Position numbers and translations under genes: made by a program | NCBI GenBank assembly: GCA_010093605.1 | Contig: MU004186.1 | Coordinates: 1,034,616-1,098,615, forward strand | Reading direction: 5' to 3' | DNA: 64,000 nt | Origin: Lophium mytilinum | Taxonomy: Eukaryota | Shown here: piece by piece, positions 58,204-64,000 of the stretch | Layout: every line of letters starts with the position of its first letter | How positions within the stretch are numbered: position 1 is the first letter of the stretch | The notes under the pieces: model-generated | Told to the model about the DNA's origin: nothing | Database searches by the model: none | The model's input: the letters and a program-made list of their open reading frames with translations, nothing else

Positions 58204-61200
58204 CTAATACACTGCCCCCGGTACTCCTCCTTGGTTATTCGAGGTAGCCTTGCGCGGTCCATTGCTACCGAACTGAAGTAGCCTCTTAACACCAACCTAT
58301 TTCTCGTCAGTAGGTTGTCTCGCCTCATTTGATCATGGGGAAAACTTACCATCCAGTTACTCCCCTCGTCCGTTTTCCTTGTCGACAGGTCAGTGAACAG
58401 AGATATCGCCCGCTCGTACTCGTTCTCCTTCACCAGCTCCGCCAGCTGGTCCAGTTCCTGAATCGTATCTGGCTTGAGGAGCTCTTCGTTGTTCAAGTGA
58501 TCAAACAAGATGCCGAGTCGCTTTTCTGCGTCTGCAGCATGCTTCGCCCACTTCTCAGGAACATTGTTCTTGACGTGCTGCATCTCCTTGCTTAGTTCCA
58601 CGTAAATCTTCTGGGCAGACGGCGGAATGTGAGATCGATCACCAGAAGCTAAGTAGACTATTAGTATTCGATCTATTTGTTCACAGATACATTGAAGACT
58701 CACGGTATTTTGGTGGTGTTGGCGTAGACCCTTGAGATTGGCCAGTGCCAGGTCGGTCGCCTGATGCCGATTTCTGATGCCCACCAGGGGGTCCGCCAGG
58801 AGGTCCGCCAGGGGGTCCACCCCGAGGAGGGGGACCTGTTGGCGGGGGACCAAATTTGGCAGGCGGTGGTGGGGCATGCATTTGACTCGGGGCCGCTTGT
58901 GCAGCGGGGTTGGGAGCATACTGAGAGGTTGCGTAGGGGTTCGGCGGAGGTGCTATCTGTCGTTGCGGGGGTGCCATTCCTTGTGAAGGAGTAGGCTGTG
59001 CGCTTGGAGTTGGTGCATATCGGTTGGATGGAGGCGCAGCAGGAGGTGGTGGATTGTATGGGGACGTTCCACGTGGGACTGGATGTTGAGGCGGAGGGGC
59101 GCCAAATGACGCTGGCGGCTGTGGTGGTGCGTAAGTGTTTGCTGCTGAAGAAGACGGCCTGCTGCCGGTCTGCAGTCCAGAATAAAGCGGAGAAGATATT
59201 CTCGGCGGTCCCTTTGGCGGAGGTGCAACTGGAGGCGTTGATCGCTGGGGCGGATAGCTCGGGGAGAAGCCTGCTGGAGGAGGGGCAGTGTTTGATTGAT
59301 TGGCGAAAGGAGAGCTTATGACATTCGGGCCAATGCTGGGAGTAGCACGTCGAGATATTGGCTTGTTACCAAAATCTGGCGTATCGTTCCATGCGGGGAT
59401 GTTCGTGTTCTTGGCTGCCGGTAATGGAGGCGCCGATGGCGATGCAGTAAAATTCCTCGGCGGTGGGGGTATTGGCTGATGGTGGGGTTGTGGGGGTTGA
59501 TATCCTCCATACTGCGGCTGGGGAGGTGCATTATATCCACTCTGTTGAGGCGCTTGCTGAGGTTGATAGCCCGCAGGAGTGTATGCGCTCCGCCCACCTG
59601 CAGCAGCAGGATAACCGGATTGTGAAGGGTGTGCGGGAGCGGGAGCGTTAGTTTGCACGCCAGCGGGAGTGTATGGCGAGTTCGAGGGCTGCTGTGTAGG
59701 AGCAATTGGCGCGGGCTGGTAAGCTGCTGGGACAACACGCTGTGCTCGTTGAGCAGCTCCAGTCGCGGCTTGTTTCTGCGCGGGTTGTGGTGCTGTCCTC
59801 GTAGCTTGCTTCACACGGTTTCTGGCCACATCTGCTGCAGGGTATTTGTCGGGCAGGAGGTCCAGGTACTTCTCAGCAATCTGCAACTTGCCATGGGCGG
59901 CCGCGATATCCGCATACTCTGTATACTTTGCATACAATGGGGCAAGCTTCCACCCTGACGGTTGCTGGCGTTCCGAGTCCTCGAAGTTGGTGACTTGACG
60001 GAATACTGTTACTTTTTCAATGAAGTCCTGTAACGACCTGGCGTGAACAGAGAAGCTGGTGTCGTTCTCAGACTTCTCCAGGCCCGCGGCCTCGTTCTCT
60101 TGTAGCTCTTGAGCCCAATTGCCCACAACCTTTTCTAGCTTGGATCCCGCCAAGTAACAGAAAGTTGCGTCTTTCCTGAGCGATCCAGCATCACTCTTAT
60201 CCGAAATTGACTCTTCCAAGCGGTCTCCGAGAGCTTCGCACAGGTCAGGAAATTCAGATTGATCAGCAAAAGTGCAAATAGTGGCCATAACCTCTTTCCA
60301 ATCCTTGAGATCTGCATTGTGCACCACGTCCCATAGATTTTTGCCGACAACCGATGCCAAGAGACGTAAGTAGTTGGGTCCATCTGCGCTTCCCTTGAAG
60401 TACGCAGCCTGTGCCTTGTCGATACATTTCTGACCACCACATATAGCGATCATGAAGGCGTCCGACAACCGGTTTTCTTTGAGACATATGTCGAGAGCAG
60501 ATTCAAACGAGCCAAGCAAGAGTGCGCGGGTGATACCCTTGTCAGCCTCCGATTCTGACCCCGCGTAGATCTGGAAAGGATTGTCGGCTTTGGTGGTTTT
60601 CGATGATGCCAACTTGGAAAGGAAGCTGTCGTCCGCACCAGCTCCGTCGAAGAACGAAGCACCATCTTCGGCAGTGCCGTTTGATTGAGGAGCCTCCTTA
60701 GTCTCCGCTTCTGCGTCCTCTTCCTTTTGGTCTGAGAACCCTAGGTAATCGACCAGTTTCTTTCGGGGATTTTCTGATATCAATGTGTCAATGACTGTCC
60801 AGTCAGCCTTCTCTTCTTCTGTGCTTGCATCCCCAATTCTAGACTCGCAGATCTTGACCAGGTCGCCGTTTTTCAATGCTGCGTCAAATTCTTCTGTTGC
60901 TGAGCCAATAGCAGAGTCAACAGCGAAGATCGAAATGCTAATCGTAGACTTCCCGGAATCACCAGAGGGGCCAAATTTGACCAGTTTGCCACCAAAGCCA
61001 AAAGAAACACCGGTCGGACGCTTGAGCCATTTGGGAGCTTGAGGGAGCGAGAAAGCGGCACCTTGAGGTTCTGTGTGCACTTTTGCGAAGAAGTCTTCCC
61101 CGTCTAAAGCTTGTGATGCTGCCTTCGGGGCCTGGGCCGTGTCCTGCCTTGTGTTTTGGATTGTTTGCACTGCTATCTTGCCATCGAATGAAGCAGTCGC

Positions 61201-62270
61201 CAAAAGGCTCGGGTTATGGGGATTGAACCGAGTCTGGAACGTCCAGTTCGTCACGATTGGGAACTCTCCTAGAGATTGGCCGGTATGGGGGTTCCAACAG
61301 ATGGTCCGATTGTCCATACCGCATGATAGAAGCAGATCGCTGTCTTGACCACACCAAGAAACTGACAAGATTCCCTGTTCGTGTCCGCGGAGCGTCTTCT
61401 CAGGCGCATTGGAGTTTCGGAGGTCCCAGACAAGGAGGACCGGAGATTGATCATCTGGTGTAGCTGTGACTAACCTCGTTGGAACATCGGGATCCCATGC
61501 CACAGCGCTGACCTTCTTTTGCCCAGGTATATTCAGAGCCATGTTCTGTCTCTTCGAACGCACATCCCAGACTGAGACAAAGCCTCCATTGCTTCCCGTA
61601 GCAAGGATATGAGGCACCTTCTTGTTCCAATCCAACGTCTCGATATCATCGCCCCTGGGAGCAGAAGTGCTTAGTCGGAAAGCATTCTCGAGGTCGGTAG
61701 GGTCGCTAATGTCGTGAATGTAGATTTCTCCTTTCGCACCGGCTGTGGCTAGAAGATGATGCTTGGTAGTGTTGAACTGGAGGGTCTTGATTGCCCCAGT
61801 ATGCTTCGTGGATCGACCAATAAACGAATTGCTGCGAATGTTCAGCCCCATCCAGATTCGATGTATGTGGATAGTCTGACCTTGCATCTGTTCGAAGCTT
61901 TGCGGCATCCCATAGATCCAATGCCCCACTCTCCAGAGCACCCGCAATTATACCTCCAGGGTACTCCTCACTTGGCTGACTCCAGGCGATATCGTGAAAT
62001 CTATGAGGAGTAATTAGAATGTGAGCTATGGCGATTTGGAAAGGCCATTGTAGCAGCATACCTTGAATCAACACTGATGCTGCCCACGGGCTGCAACTCC
62101 ACATCTTGGTCTGCATCGTCCAGGGCAAGGTCCCATAGCTCCAGCTGGGTCTCGTTGGAGAAATCCGCGTCTACGGCGCCGGCTCTGGTGCCAGTGACAA
62201 TCAATGGTGGGCCTGTGCCCGGAGCCCAGGCAAAGGTTGCGGTCCGGGTTATTTCTCGTAGGCGGACCAT
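58204..62270 (-). CDS. SEC31: COPII coat protein Sec31, multi-exon
   Basis: [15 protein letters not shown] start, WD40 repeats, APKWL..P..SFGFGGK, proline-rich region, GDRSHIP...LFDHLNN...WMVGVKRL C-terminus; stop TAG 58206-58204. Confidence 0.96.
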
Positions 62271-62700
62271 TGTTGATGCGGGGATGAGGATGAAATTGGG
62301 AAAGGAAAGACGAAAAGGAAAGTCTCAGCGGGTGCAAAGCAGACGGCGACAGATGACGTGAGGGAAGTAACGAAGGGGCCTGGTGTCCTTATTGCATGGT
62401 GCTGTGATCAACAACACCGTGGCCTTGCTTGAATCTGGCCGTAAGCCAAGAGATGTGTGTGGGGCGTCAATTGCAGCACGTGACCGAGCTTTCTTCTCAA
62501 CTTTGGAACAGTCTCAAATCACTGAGGTACCTAGCTTTAGAGCGTCTCGTGGTACTGTCTAGTCTGACAGCCACGAAACCCACTTATCGCTCCACGGTTT
62601 TCCACTCACAAAATAGCGTTCTCGTTGGGGCCAGAATCTTCAGCTTGAGGGAATCACGGTCTAAAGCACTTGCGCGAGCCTCTCACCACTTACGACCACC

Positions 62701-63216
62701 ATGTCGGATCCTACGCGCGTAAAGTCCACCGTCTACGTTGGCGGCTTAGACAACGCAGTCACTACACGCACTCTGCACGACGCGTTCGTGCCTTTCGGAG
62801 AAATAGTCGATGTCACTCTACCCAAGCCAGACTTGCCCTCATCAACTGATCCCCACCGTGGCTTTGGATATGTCGAGTTCGAGAACACAGCAGATGCCAA
62901 GGAAGCCATCGACAACATGGATCAAAGTGAGCTCTACGGTCGAGTCATCAAGGTAGCGCCGGCCAAGCCTCAGAAAGACCAAAACGAGGGGCTGGGGAGC
63001 AAGACAGCTATCTGGGAACAGGTATGTTCATCACGGGATCATATTCAGATTCATTCACTAACACGTTCGTAGGAGGGCTGGTTGGCGGAACATGCTGTGA
63101 GCGAAGAAGACCGACTGGCCACAGAGCAGGCGCGAGCAGTCTCTTCAGGACCTCCAGACCCAATGCAGGGGTTGGAGGGACTGGATGTCGCAGGACCGAC
63201 ACTTCCAACAAAATAG
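62701..63216 (+). CDS. Cyclophilin-E (PPIE/Cyp33)-like RRM-only protein, two exons
   Basis: TVYVGGL, AFVPFGEI, HRGFGYVEF, AIDNMDQSELYGRVIKVAPAKP, AIWEQ|EGWL; no PPIase domain before the TAG at 63214-63216. Confidence 0.85.
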
Positions 63217-63359
63217 ATCATACCGGAAATGGTTTGTTGCGTTCAAGGAATTGTGGCGTATGGAATTGAAATGAGATTGTGCTCTTCAATTGACGTCAAA
63301 TTTATACAGTGGCCCCACCAGCCTCATCTCCCTCTCACAAAAACCGGCATGATGCCTCT

Positions 63360-63918
63360 CTACTCGTTTCCGTGCTGGCGGACGAGACGTAGAGTCTTGT
63401 CCGTCTGGAACTTCCTGACACTGGAGTATACCGCAGCAAAGATAGCAACGCTGAGGCTCGGTTAGAAAGGAAAGTCCTTGAATAGAGCCGGGGGTCTTAC
63501 CCAAGAACGATGCCTGTATCAATAGTTAGTAATGTTTCAAAGAACCAACATTGTGGGTAGTTGAGTATAACATACCGAGGGGAATCAATTCCGGAGGGAC
63601 CTTCTTGAGTTGGCGAATGCGTTGGGAGATGGTGTGAGCTATGTGTATCCAAATCAGCACACGATCCGACGTCTGATGTTGTTGTGGCTTCGGAAAAGAG
63701 CACTACAATCCTACGCACCGCTATGCTCCTCTTTCTGTATTTCTGATTAGTCTCTAGTGCGCTCGCATCTCAGCGTTAGACCTTACAGGAACTGGCCTCA
63801 TCATCCTCGCCGTCGGCTGCATCCGCATCACGGCCGAGGGCTGAATCCGCATGGCGGCAGTGGGCTGCATCCGCATGAAAGCAGTAGGCTGCATGGCGAG
63901 GACCCGCGTACGGAACAT
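63360..63918 (-). CDS. Small mitochondrial inner-membrane protein, NDUFA4/MLRQ (B12D)-like, five exons
   Basis: Spliced product MFRTRVLA(MQPTAxMR)x4-like...PVP|KEEHS|AHTISQRIRQLKKVPPELIPL|GIVLG|VAIFAAVYSSVRKFQTDKTLRLVRQHGNE*; canonical GT-AG introns. Confidence 0.75.
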
Positions 63919-64000
63919 GGCGAAGGAGTGGAGAGTTGGGTGATGGTGCAATGGGTGGTGTTTCGGTGAAGTTGGCGGTTCGATGGAGCTCCTCAAAGGA

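Overview
Gene-dense eukaryotic DNA from a filamentous ascomycete (Pezizomycotina; Dothideomycetes is my inference). Short GT-AG introns with CTRAC/CTAAC branch sites split many genes, so the ORF track misses or fragments them. About 25 protein-coding loci are supported. Most are housekeeping genes (ILV3, TCD-like E1 enzyme, TIM13, L-type lectin, SDR, RCC1-like, MRPL24, PTH2, SNU66, WSC sensor, GCS1, bestrophin-like, SFC1, twinfilin, ECM14, SYT1, MRPL33, SEC31, an RRM protein, NDUFA4-like). There is also a RING/RING/F-box-like accessory cluster, an atypical kinase and a decayed dual-specificity phosphatase. Mobile DNA: (i) a complete 4,220-bp PIF/Harbinger element (28881-33100; perfect 39-bp TIRs, TTA TSD, convergent Myb/SANT and DDE genes, RIP-like damage) with a ~740-bp microsatellite-built palindrome in its centre, apparently inserted in a 5'-UTR intron of the WSC gene; (ii) a 225-bp TA-flanked MITE. 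The most striking unannotated signal is a spliced non-coding locus (~4530-5133). It holds a well-formed box C/D guide RNA whose two antisense elements appear complementary to the 5' end of U2 snRNA, with a G.U wobble-rich hairpin like vertebrate Cajal-body scaRNAs and possibly a second tandem C/D domain. A ~280-nt H/ACA-like RNA lies head-to-head with SNU66. All calls were made by eye; no database searches or folding programs were run.
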